Assembly (NCBI GenBank): GCA_043797705.1
Contig: JAZDPJ010000023.1
Span: 1 to 49,625, forward strand
Length of the DNA stretch: 49,625 nucleotides
Reading direction: 5' to 3'
Source: an archaeon
GTDB lineage: Archaea > Nanobdellota > Nanobdellia > SCGC-AAA011-G17 > GW2011-AR17
Shown: positions 1-8,598 of the stretch, piece by piece
Layout of the letters: the number at the start of each line of letters is the position of its first letter
How positions within the stretch are numbered: position 1 is the stretch's first letter
Notes under the pieces: generated by a model
What the model saw: the letters and a program-made list of their open reading frames with translations, nothing else
The model's database searches: none
Told to the model about the DNA's origin: nothing
Program-made: the position numbers and the translations under genes

Positions 1-378
1 TGCGTGCCAACCGCGACCATTTCCTTTGTCCTTGTATTGCATCAGCACCTTGTTCACTTCTGAATCCTCCTTGTTCGCATACAAATATGCAAGTATGTTG
101 CAGCTCAAAGCCACACTAGGCAAAAACATTTTTTGCTTCTCAAAGTAAACAGCAGCCTTGTAAGGATTGAAACTAACCTGTGAACCATTTGCGCCCCTCT
201 TGAGATCTTTATTCACTCTCAGTTTGTCATAACTCTCAAACTCTCTCCCATCAGAACCCACACAACGAATATTCCCCAAAACCAAGTGATCACTCTCAAC
301 ACTAATAACACAGGGATCACTATTCAATATCCTCTCCAAAACCTCCTCAACCGAGGGAACATGAAACTCTAGCTTCAT
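1..378 (-). CDS. Paralog of the 2410..3189 DGR-target-like protein (3' end runs off the window)
   Basis: Not in the ORF track. Manual translation MKLEFHVPSVEEVLERILNSDPCVISVESDHLVLGNIRC...VLMQYKDKGNGRGWHA aligns closely with the 2410..3189 product. ATG at 378 overlaps the ATPase stop (ATGA), with GGAGGAG upstream. Confidence 0.9.
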   Translation of the reverse strand, partial: MKLEFHVPSVEEVLERILNSDPCVISVESDHLVLGNIRCVGSDGREFESYDKLRVNKDLKRGANGSQVSFNPYKAAVYFEKQKMFLPSVALSCNILAYLYANKEDSEVNKVLMQYKDKGNGRGWHA

Positions 379-2357
379 TCTTCTCCTCCATTGAGTGCTT
401 CATTGTAGAAGTGTTTGGCAAATTCTGTTTCTTCTTTGAAGAGCTTTTCTTTTTCTTGTTTGAAGTCATCAGAGTTTTTCTCTCTTAATTTGGAGGTTAG
501 TGCTTTTTTTAGTTCCTGTTCGTAGAGGGGTTTTTTGCTGTCTGGCATGAATGTTACTCCTTGTTTCAGAGTTTTCTCCAAATCGCTTTCTATCTTAGTG
601 ATTTTGCTTTGGGGTATGTTAAACACTTTAGTTAGTTCTTCTGAGTCTGATGATTCAATGGATATGTCTCTTATTTTTTCAAGTTCTGTGTCATGCTGTT
701 TTTTGAGCATGTCATTTATTTCTTTGAATGGTTTGATGTTTGGTTTTCCGGCTGCAAATTTTTTGTATTCTTCTTTCGTGACTCCTTTGGCAAGTTTTTC
801 CAGGTTTGCGAATGTGTTAGGATGTTCTTTTGCTACATGTTTCATTAGGGCCGGGATATATTCAGCAGTATTGTTTTTTACTTCTTTGCTTAGCGATTTT
901 TTTGTATGCTCTTCTATCAGCTCCGGGTTCTCTTTTTTTAGTTCGGGGAATGTTAGCTGTTTTGTTTCTGTGTATTTTGCTCTTGTGGCTTCTTCTATCT
1001 CAGTATAATCTTTCTGCATTCCTTTGTCTTTGAATTGTTTTATTAATGCTGGTATGCTGTTGAATGTGTTTCCTGTTTGTTTTTTTTCTTTTTCCAGGAG
1101 TTCGTTGAATGTGTTTAGTTTTTTTGCTATTTCGTCGTGCAGCGCGTCGATTGATTCGTTTATTACGAGTGATTCTATGCCGTTATGTTCTTTTGCTGCT
1201 TTTGGGTTTACGCATCCTTTGTATGGTGCTACAAATTTGTATGCGAGTATTATGCTTTCAAGGGGATTTATGACTAATTTTTCGTTTCCGGCTTTTAGTT
1301 TTGCAACTTCTTCTAGTCCTTTTGCTAGCCGGTATACCGCTCTTATCGCTCTTGCGTCTATGCCTTTGAATAGGCCGCATAGGTTTGTTGATTTGTTGCA
1401 TGCTTGTGTTGTGCATTCTCTTGGCCAGGGTATTATTTCTTTGCTTTTGCTGAGTTTTGTGCAGGTGTCCATTCCGGTTTGGAGGTATTGCAGTATGAAT
1501 CTTTCTTCGCGTGTTGGCTGCTTTGCTTTTATTTTTTCGTGCATCTCAAGTATTTGGGGGAGAAGGTTTTTTGGTTCTGATGTGTGCACGTCTGGTGATA
1601 GGTTTCTTTTGACTAGTTCATCTTTGTCTTCTGTGCTTATCCTGTATGCGTCGAAGTCTAGTGCTACATGGAATCTTGCCCACATTGCGTAGTCCATTTT
1701 GAATGTTCCGCTGTAGTCTTCTGGATTTACCGCGGCCATTCCAGAATAGTATCCGTTTCCGAGGTTGATTATTTTGCCTTGGTGGTTTATCTCTCCTGTC
1801 ATCAGTCCGTAGAAGAGGTTCATTATTACTTCTGGGCATCTGTTGTATTCGTCTATGCAGAAGAAGTGTTTGCCTGTGTTTTTTAGCTGCACTATATTGT
1901 CTGTTGTGGTTGAGTTCCTTTCTATGAGTGTTTTTGCCTCTTCTTCTGTGATTTGCGTCCATCTGAGTTCAGGCCCGTTGTCTCCTGGAAAGAATGATCT
2001 TACAAAATGGGTCATTTTTTTATGAGCTGGGTCGTATAATAGTTTCATCTCAGGCACTGATCCTATCTGTCCTTTTGCGAGTGAGATGTTTAGTTTTTGG
2101 AATAGGTCGTTTGGCTTGAAGTCTGCCCTTCCCATTTCCCAGAGGCTGTGTTCTTCTCCTCCAAAGTAGTTGTTGTAGATGTCTCTCATGAGTTGGGTTT
2201 TTCCTGCGCTTTTTTGCCCCCTGCATATGAAGTTCAGTTTGCCTAGGAGTCCTGCTGTCACTATGTCCTGCAGTATCATGTCTTGTTCAGCTATTGTTCC
2301 TATTGGTGGCGAGTTCAGGTAGTTTGCTGGTTTTAGTTGTTCATATGTTAGTTCCAT
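375..2357 (-). CDS. MoxR-like AAA+ ATPase with long charged helical C-terminus
   Basis: Walker A GQKSAGKT, Walker B FCIDEYNR, AAVNP and ARF motifs. The start is moved to MELTYE (2357), which has a GGAG RBS. Confidence 0.8.
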   Translation of the reverse strand: MELTYEQLKPANYLNSPPIGTIAEQDMILQDIVTAGLLGKLNFICRGQKSAGKTQLMRDIYNNYFGGEEHSLWEMGRADFKPNDLFQKLNISLAKGQIGSVPEMKLLYDPAHKKMTHFVRSFFPGDNGPELRWTQITEEEAKTLIERNSTTTDNIVQLKNTGKHFFCIDEYNRCPEVIMNLFYGLMTGEINHQGKIINLGNGYYSGMAAVNPEDYSGTFKMDYAMWARFHVALDFDAYRISTEDKDELVKRNLSPDVHTSEPKNLLPQILEMHEKIKAKQPTREERFILQYLQTGMDTCTKLSKSKEIIPWPRECTTQACNKSTNLCGLFKGIDARAIRAVYRLAKGLEEVAKLKAGNEKLVINPLESIILAYKFVAPYKGCVNPKAAKEHNGIESLVINESIDALHDEIAKKLNTFNELLEKEKKQTGNTFNSIPALIKQFKDKGMQKDYTEIEEATRAKYTETKQLTFPELKKENPELIEEHTKKSLSKEVKNNTAEYIPALMKHVAKEHPNTFANLEKLAKGVTKEEYKKFAAGKPNIKPFKEINDMLKKQHDTELEKIRDISIESSDSEELTKVFNIPQSKITKIESDLEKTLKQGVTFMPDSKKPLYEQELKKALTSKLREKNSDDFKQEKEKLFKEETEFAKHFYNEALNGGEE

Positions 2358-2409
2358 TTTTTGTCTCCTGTTCTTTTTACCTTTGTTTCCTGTGGAGATT
2401 TTTTTTGCG

Positions 2410-3189
2410 TCATAGGTTTTGTACCCCACGGCAAGCATTAAAGTTATAAAGGTCGTAATTAGTGCTGACATCGAAATCACTGTTGTAGCAACCCAGCCAC
2501 ACCGCACGAACTTCTTTGTTGGTTGATGTCCAGATTTTGGCTGGTTTTTGGAAGTATTGCCCTATTTCGGTTAGTGTTTTTGGTTTTTGCAGTCCTGTGA
2601 GGTTTTGTATGTAGTTGTTGAATTCTGGTGTTTTTAGTGCCTCTTTCAACAGCATACACATAAAATCTTTAGGGTTGAACTTTCTCTCAACTCTCCTAGC
2701 ATTATTAATACCGTCGCTGCCTCCGTGTTCAGGGAAATCCTTGTCAGAAGGGTAGTGTATGATTTTTTTGCTGCCCCAGTCAACTATTGTGTTTTGTGCG
2801 TGCCAGCCGTAGCCGTTTCCTTTGTCTTTGTATTGCATCAGCACCTTGTTGACTTCTTTGTCATCCCTGTTCGCATACAGGCATGCAAGGATGTTGCAGC
2901 TCAGTGCCATGCTAGGCAGGAACATTTTTTGCTTCTCCAAGCAAGCAACAGCATTGTAAGGAGTGAAACTAACCTGTGAACCATCTGCGTCCCTCTCGAT
3001 ATCCTTGTTCACCCTCAGCCTGTCATACTGCTCAAACTCAACACCGTCAGAGTCCACACATCGAATATTCCCCAAAACCAAGTAATCACTCTCAACACTA
3101 ACAACACAAGGATCACTATTCAATATCCTCTCCAAAACCTCCTCAACAGTAGGAATGTAAACCCCTTCGAATATGTTTTTCTTGGTCAT
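2410..3189 (-). CDS. Putative C-type-lectin-fold, DGR-target-like protein
   Basis: C-terminus RAVWLGCYNSDFDVSTNYDLYNFNACRGV resembles DGR variable regions and contains 22 consecutive pyrimidine-ending codons. Confidence 0.65.
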   Translation of the reverse strand: MTKKNIFEGVYIPTVEEVLERILNSDPCVVSVESDYLVLGNIRCVDSDGVEFEQYDRLRVNKDIERDADGSQVSFTPYNAVACLEKQKMFLPSMALSCNILACLYANRDDKEVNKVLMQYKDKGNGYGWHAQNTIVDWGSKKIIHYPSDKDFPEHGGSDGINNARRVERKFNPKDFMCMLLKEALKTPEFNNYIQNLTGLQKPKTLTEIGQYFQKPAKIWTSTNKEVRAVWLGCYNSDFDVSTNYDLYNFNACRGVQNL

Positions 3190-3286
3190 TTTAGTCTTTT
3201 TTATTGATAATTTGAGAATCTTAAGTTATAGTATATAAAGCTTACGGAATTATAACTACTTAAAGAGAGTAATTATACATATATAA

Positions 3287-3700
3287 TTAGAATTTCCATC
3301 CAGCATCTACACTATCCTTGGACTTCCTTTCCCACGGGAACACGATCCATGCTGATGTCTCAAAAACATAGTAGTCCGGAATATATAACGTCCCCGGTTT
3401 TTTGTATAACGCAACTGTTTTTAAGTTTCGGTTACGAAGCGAGTCCAGTATTGCGAGAAACACTTTTCCAGTATCAGAAAGATCGTCAACCAGCAATCCC
3501 AGTTTTTCAGGGTTGTATTTGTTCATGCTATCTGTCCCATAGACGGCCAAGGGCTTATCAAGTTCATGCGATAATCTTACTCCAAGCACAAGTCCTCCGC
3601 GAGGTATTGCAATCACATAGCCAGGTATTTCTTTTAGCCGAGAAAGTATTACTTCAATTCCTTCTTCAAATTTTCCCCATGAACAGAATTCCTTGTTCAT
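3287..3700 (-). CDS. Purine phosphoribosyltransferase (Gpt/Hpt-like)
   Basis: AIPRGGL, PRPP-binding motif LLVDDLSDTG and WIVFPWE. Confidence 0.85.
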   Translation of the reverse strand: MNKEFCSWGKFEEGIEVILSRLKEIPGYVIAIPRGGLVLGVRLSHELDKPLAVYGTDSMNKYNPEKLGLLVDDLSDTGKVFLAILDSLRNRNLKTVALYKKPGTLYIPDYYVFETSAWIVFPWERKSKDSVDAGWKF

Positions 3701-4263
3701 AGGACTAGTAGAACTATTGCGCTTATAAGCATTGCGGTATAGATTTTTTTATTCCAGCGTAGTATCTTTGCGCCGTCAAATATGCTGAAAGGTATCATGT
3801 TGAATAGTGCCAGCCATGCGTTTATCATTTTGCCGAAGTCTGTTAGCATTGAGCTGCCTATTATTAAACTTAGCAGTATGAAGCCTATTGCTAATATGAT
3901 ATTTGTCAATGGTCCGGCCATGGCTACTTTTCCTGCCTTGTTCACTCCTGCGTGTCCAGATATCATTACTGCTCCCGGTGCTGCAAGTATTATTCCGAAA
4001 AAAGATGTTGCTATTGCTATGAGGAGCATTTTTCCATCAGATCTAAATTCAGCAAAAAGTCCGTAGTATTGCGCAACTGCTTTATGCGCTAGTTCGTGCA
4101 GTATGAATGCCACCCCTACTGTCAATCCAGAAATTAAGAATATGATTAATGCAGAATTCACAGAAGTTATTTTTCCCGAAAACAGTATTGTAAATGCTAA
4201 TGTTATTGCTGCCCACGCTTTTGCGAGGTGTTTTACTTCAATTTTAGAAGTTTTTAGTTTCAT
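3697..4263 (-). CDS. Site-2 protease family (M50) membrane metalloprotease
   Basis: HELAH, AGPLTN and FNMIPFSIFDG motifs; hydrophobic protein. Confidence 0.9.
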   Translation of the reverse strand: MKLKTSKIEVKHLAKAWAAITLAFTILFSGKITSVNSALIIFLISGLTVGVAFILHELAHKAVAQYYGLFAEFRSDGKMLLIAIATSFFGIILAAPGAVMISGHAGVNKAGKVAMAGPLTNIILAIGFILLSLIIGSSMLTDFGKMINAWLALFNMIPFSIFDGAKILRWNKKIYTAMLISAIVLLVL

Positions 4264-4334
4264 TGTATAGTAGGCGTTATTAGGTATTTGGGGTTTAAAT
4301 TATATAAAATCTCCTCTTATAAAGAACAGCTTAT

Positions 4335-4445
4335 TTGTATTATACAACAATAAGGCAATTATCAAAGTTAATGGTTGTACTATACAAAAAAGGGTACAAT
4401 ACAACAGTAAAGTTTAAATAGGCATTGTGAGTTGTATATTATAAC
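4335..4445. promoter_or_regulatory. Repeated TTGTAY-N-ATACAA palindromes and TATA box upstream of the HEPN/MNT pair
   Basis: TTGTATTATACAA at 4335-4347, TTGTACTATACAA at 4375-4387, degenerate copies at 4392-4404 and 4431-4445; TTTAAATA near 4413. Confidence 0.5.
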
Positions 4446-4784
4446 ATGAATGAAAAGGAAAGCATACTTATAGAAAACTTTAATGAATATTATACTCAAG
4501 GGTTGAATGCATTTAAGAAAGGTAAATATAACACAGCAACAACGCTTTTCTTTAAAGCTATTGCATCATTATGCGATCTTCTCATACTTAGAAAGGAAGG
4601 CCATATGCCTTCATCACATACAGCCAGATTCAGGATTCTAGAAGAAAAGTATTATGAGGTTTATAAGATTGCAGATCGGGATTTCCCGTTTTACCAAGAT
4701 AGTTATACACATAGGATGGATAAGGAGTCTGCAGAACTACTAAAAGAAGATGCTGAAAAACTTAAAAAAACAATTGGGGTCTGA
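4446..4784 (+). CDS. HEPN-domain protein (toxin-like)
   Basis: Short helical protein with A..LFFKA and PSSHTARF; overlaps an MNT gene. Confidence 0.7.
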   Translation: MNEKESILIENFNEYYTQGLNAFKKGKYNTATTLFFKAIASLCDLLILRKEGHMPSSHTARFRILEEKYYEVYKIADRDFPFYQDSYTHRMDKESAELLKEDAEKLKKTIGV

Positions 4785-5313
4785 GAAGGATAAGGCAATA
4801 TTTGATATTGTTATTTATGGCTCTATAGTAAAAGGAAAAGAGGATGCAAGAGACATAGACATATTAGTGATTTTTTTGGAAGGCTCGCTAAAAGAAAGGC
4901 TAAATAAGTTGCAAGAAATAAAATCCCGACTGAAAGATATGAAGATAGAAGCCGAACTCGACATGAAACAGATACTTCTTAAAGAGCTATTTTCCTCATC
5001 TTTCCTTGCAAGGACAGGAATACTCTTAGAGGGCGTAAGTATATTCACAAACAAAAAATTCTGCGAAACTCTTGGATTTAAGTCATTCACATTGTTCTGG
5101 TATAGTTTAACAGGATTAACGCATTTAGAGAAGGTTAAGTTCAACTATATTTTCGCCGGAAGAAACACAAAGGGAGTTATTGAAGAAGTAAATGGTCAAA
5201 GGCTTGTTAATGGTGCTATAAAAGTTCCTATTGAAAATTCTGCTATCATTGAAGGCATACTAAAGACAAATAAGATACAATATCATAAAAAGAATATTCT
5301 TGAAGAAGCCTAA
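4750..5313 (+). CDS. Minimal nucleotidyltransferase (MNT) with extra C-terminal domain
   Basis: IYGSIVKG...DIDIL Pol-beta superfamily motif. Confidence 0.8.
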   Translation: MLKNLKKQLGSEKDKAIFDIVIYGSIVKGKEDARDIDILVIFLEGSLKERLNKLQEIKSRLKDMKIEAELDMKQILLKELFSSSFLARTGILLEGVSIFTNKKFCETLGFKSFTLFWYSLTGLTHLEKVKFNYIFAGRNTKGVIEEVNGQRLVNGAIKVPIENSAIIEGILKTNKIQYHKKNILEEA

Positions 5314-5324
5314 CATTCTTAGTT

Positions 5325-6974
5325 TTAATCATGCGTGTACCAAAACTTGTAGGTTGTTCCTTTTTTGTCTAGTTTGCAGAATCCAAATCTTTCGAATTGT
5401 ATTACTTCTCCGACTTTAATATTCTTAATATTGCTTTCTCCTAACCCTGTTTTTACACTTCCGTCTGGCATGAGTATCTCCACGTTTATATTACCTACTG
5501 CTGGTAGCCAGTGCATCATTTTTGCTTTTAGTTTTGGATCGTATTTTTCAGAGACAAATTTTCCGTCTTTAAAATTAAACAAATGCATGAATCTGTACAC
5601 TTTACCTTTCGATATCTTGTCAGTCACATAGAATTCATCCGCTACTTTGAATGGTCTCTTCCCTTTTTGTTTTGTTGGGTGTAGTGGTGCTTCTGTTTTT
5701 TTTATTGGTGATTCTTTTATTTTTATCTTTTTAGGATTTTCCACGAAGAAGTATCTGTTCACTTCAGGATCTAGTAGTTTTCTGTTCTCAGCGTACAATG
5801 ATTCTATTGGTACTGTTATTTCGTTTTGGTTCATTCCGAAGCTTAAGCAGAATGTTCTTATTGCTTCTGGTAGCAGTCCTCTTCTTTCTAGTGCTTGTAT
5901 GCTCCATGTTCTTGGGTCGTCCCATCCTGTGTATTCTCCGCTTTCGACTTCTTTTTTTGCTTTTGACTTGCTCAACTTTACTCCTTCTAGAGTCAATAGT
6001 CCTGAGTGTAGTAGTTCTGGTTGTTTCCAGCCGAATATGTTCCAGATAAATTTTTCCATTTCTGATTCTATCATCAGTTCTTTTCCTCTTAGCACATGCG
6101 TTATTCCAAGCAGGACATCATCTACTGCCCAGGAGAATTCCAGCAACGGCCAGACTCTGTACTTGTTCCCTACTCTTACATGTTTTCTGTCTGAGATTCT
6201 GAATAGCACTCTGTCTCTGAATGCTGGGTTCGGGTGGTCCATGCTTGTTTTGATTCTTAATGCTGCTTCTCCGTCTTTGTAGGTTGTGTGCATTTTTTTC
6301 CATTCATCTAGTGTCTTCTCCATGCCTGCCTCTCTGCATTCGCATATTTTTCCGGAAGCTCTGTTGTCACGCAGTGTCTGCGAGTCGCATTTGCATACAT
6401 ATGCCTGTCCTTTTTTAATCAATTCTTCAGCATATTTGTAATAGATTTCTAATCTGTCTGATTTGTAGATTATTTTTTTGTCGAATTTTATTCCTAGCCA
6501 TTTCAGTCCGTCTGGTATCAGCTTGTAGGCATCTTTTGTCGCGCTTTTTTCTTCTGAGCCTATGGTGTCGTCCATGATTAGAAGGAGTTTTCCTTTGTAT
6601 TTCTTTACTAGTGCGTCATTTAGCATTGCTATCTTGACGTTTCCTATGTGCAGTGGTCCTGAGGGGTATGGTGCGAGTCTCATTACTACTTTTCCGGGTT
6701 TTGCGTTTGGAAGGTCTGGTATTGAGATTCCTTTTTTTCCTTTTTTTTCTTCTAGTAGTTCTGGTGCGATTTCTTTGAGTTTTTCAAGTTGCCTTTCTAC
6801 GCTTAGTTTGTTTACTTCTTTGATTGTGAGATTGACTTCTTTGGCCAGTTCTGGTACTTTTTTCTTTAGTTCTGGCTTTAAGGATAGCATTTTTCCGATT
6901 ATTGTTCCAGGATTTGCTTTTCCTCCGTATTTTACTGCATTTTGCAAGGCATATTTCAGTATTGATTCTTTCAT
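5325..6974 (-). CDS. gltX: Glutamate--tRNA ligase (archaeal type)
   Basis: RLAPYPSGPLHIGN (HIGH), ITHVLRGKE, LSKS and QFERFGF motifs. Confidence 0.97.
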   Translation of the reverse strand: MKESILKYALQNAVKYGGKANPGTIIGKMLSLKPELKKKVPELAKEVNLTIKEVNKLSVERQLEKLKEIAPELLEEKKGKKGISIPDLPNAKPGKVVMRLAPYPSGPLHIGNVKIAMLNDALVKKYKGKLLLIMDDTIGSEEKSATKDAYKLIPDGLKWLGIKFDKKIIYKSDRLEIYYKYAEELIKKGQAYVCKCDSQTLRDNRASGKICECREAGMEKTLDEWKKMHTTYKDGEAALRIKTSMDHPNPAFRDRVLFRISDRKHVRVGNKYRVWPLLEFSWAVDDVLLGITHVLRGKELMIESEMEKFIWNIFGWKQPELLHSGLLTLEGVKLSKSKAKKEVESGEYTGWDDPRTWSIQALERRGLLPEAIRTFCLSFGMNQNEITVPIESLYAENRKLLDPEVNRYFFVENPKKIKIKESPIKKTEAPLHPTKQKGKRPFKVADEFYVTDKISKGKVYRFMHLFNFKDGKFVSEKYDPKLKAKMMHWLPAVGNINVEILMPDGSVKTGLGESNIKNIKVGEVIQFERFGFCKLDKKGTTYKFWYTHD

Positions 6975-7028
6975 TATTTCGATTTAATTCACGCAAATTT
7001 ATAAATGTTAGTATATCATATAGTTCTT

Positions 7029-7523
7029 ATGAAGCATCTTAGAATCCTTAATAGCAAGGAAATCAAGAGAATTCTTAAAACTCTTGAGGAGCAGTTTGGT
7101 AAGTTTGATCTTAGGGATTATGTTTTTTTCATGAATAATGATAGTAAGGTTTTTTTGCTAAGCAGGAAGTTTGCGGAGTTGGATGAGAAGAAAGTTAGGG
7201 TAAATAATTTGGGCTTGTATTTTGGTAAGGAGGAGGTTGATGGCTTTAGGTTGACTATTGAGGGTGCGCAGTTGGTCAATCCTAAGAAGAATGTTGTTAA
7301 TTTAACAAAAGATCAGGTTCCTTGTTGGATGCGTGGCGAGGATATTGAGGTTGGTGATCTCAAATTGTATGGCTATGTTGTTGTGAAGCATGAAGATGAT
7401 ATTTTTGGTTGCGGTAGGTTTAAGGAAGGGAGAGTCTTGAATTCTATTCCCAAGTCAAGAAGAATAATCGGTATTCAGTCTGATGATAAGACTGGTTTGA
7501 GAACTGTTAAGTGTGGTAAATAA
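7029..7523 (+). CDS. NIP7/RsmF C-terminal-like PUA RNA-binding protein
   Basis: GLYFG, RLTIEGAQ, WMRGEDI, GCG and NSIPKSRR pattern. Probable start is MKHLRIL at 7029. Confidence 0.7.
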   Translation: MKHLRILNSKEIKRILKTLEEQFGKFDLRDYVFFMNNDSKVFLLSRKFAELDEKKVRVNNLGLYFGKEEVDGFRLTIEGAQLVNPKKNVVNLTKDQVPCWMRGEDIEVGDLKLYGYVVVKHEDDIFGCGRFKEGRVLNSIPKSRRIIGIQSDDKTGLRTVKCGK

Positions 7524-7608
7524 TTTCTAATAACCCCGAAAATCTTACGAAAAATCTTGATAAAAATATATATGCTTAGTTTTTATTCTAAATAACAGAA
7601 AGTTTTAA

Positions 7609-7632
7609 ATATCTTTTATGCAATAAAGATAT
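7609..7632. promoter_or_regulatory. Inverted repeat operator just downstream of a TATA box
   Basis: ATATCTTT-N8-AAAGATAT directly after TTTTAAATA, ahead of a toxin-antitoxin-like pair. Confidence 0.5.
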
Positions 7633-7649
7633 CTTATGGAAAAGACAAT

Positions 7650-7934
7650 ATGTTGTACTGGAAAGAGAAGAAGTTTAGATTTACTTGGCATTTTAAGAAA
7701 GAGCTTGAGGAACTTGGTAAATTTGAAGAGTTTGTACTTTACATTTTGGAAAACGGTACACATAAAAGAATTTCAAAGAAACAGAACAAATATCAAGTGC
7801 TTCACCCTTAAAAAAAAAGAGCAGTTTGTCTCATATATGTAATCCACAAAGACTTAATTATATTAATACACATAAAACCAATAAGAAGAAAATGGAAACT
7901 TGTTACAAATGCAATGTTAATCTGGAAAGAGTAA
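7650..7934 (+). pseudogene. Interrupted RelE/DUF4258-like toxin gene
   Basis: Frame reads MLYWKEKKFRFTWHFKKELEELG...ILENGTHKR...KYQVLHP*KKRAVCLIYV...IILIHIK, with an in-frame TAA at 7809-7811. It precedes an antitoxin-like gene. Confidence 0.55.
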
Positions 7935-8215
7935 CTACATTAAAGGAAGGGATAAAACTTAAATGTCAAAGATGCCCAAAATGCGGTGAGGAGTATTTCA
8001 CTTCTTCTGAGCTTATGAGATATGATATCTTAAAAGGAAACAGAACCATGATACGTAAATTTGGGGTTCTTGGACAATCAACAGTGCTGCGTATTCCTGA
8101 GAAGGTAATATCACAGCTAAAAATAAAGACAGGAGATTATGCCTATTTTGAAATGCGTCCGGAAGGCATATTAGTCAAACCTATTTCTGCTTCAAAGCTC
8201 AAAGTAAAAACATAA
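7892..8215 (+). CDS. Zinc-finger plus AbrB/MazE-type DNA-binding antitoxin-like protein
   Basis: CYKC...CPKCGEEYF followed by GQSTVLRIP...IKTGD...GILVKP. Confidence 0.75.
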   Translation: METCYKCNVNLERVTTLKEGIKLKCQRCPKCGEEYFTSSELMRYDILKGNRTMIRKFGVLGQSTVLRIPEKVISQLKIKTGDYAYFEMRPEGILVKPISASKLKVKT

Positions 8216-8306
8216 CATTTAATTTTTATTTATAATTCCGCTTGCCTATTTTCTTTATTTTTTTTATCAAAGCGTCTTCAATATCAATTTTTAGTTCTTC
8301 AGCAGT

Positions 8307-8597
8307 ATGACCAAGTTCATAATTCCTGCTTTTGCAGTACTGCTTTTCTACATTGGCATTCTTATTAAGCATGCTAAGAGGAATTGGTTTATTGGCATTC
8401 GGACTCCTTGGACTTTGAGCAGTGATAAGGTATGGGATAAGACCCACGCTCTCGGTGGCAAGCTATTTCAGGTCTCTGCTGTGATTACATTAGGGGGTAT
8501 TTTCTTTGATAAGTAGGGTATATGGTTTTTGATTGTCCCTCTGATTTTCACTACAATCTATACAATTACTTATTCTTATTTAGAATATAAAAAATAG
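8307..8597 (+). pseudogene. SdpI-family membrane protein remnant
   Basis: NWFIGIRTPWTLSSDKVWDKTH signature. An in-frame TAG at 8514-8516 is followed by another hydrophobic segment ending YSYLEYKK*. The N-terminus is missing. Confidence 0.7.
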
Positions 8598-8598
8598 A

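Noticed and set aside
2358-2507. 50-aa N-terminal extension of the ATPase with an apparent TM segment
   Set aside because: It is an alternate-frame reading of the upstream gene's 3' end; a GGAG RBS supports the start at 2357.
7636-7842. 68-aa ORF from the track
   Set aside because: The overlapping frame from 7650 looks more protein-like and fits the toxin-antitoxin context.
8514-8516. Stop-codon reassignment or pyrrolysine at an in-frame TAG
   Set aside because: TAG terminates intact genes elsewhere in the window and the host gene is already truncated.
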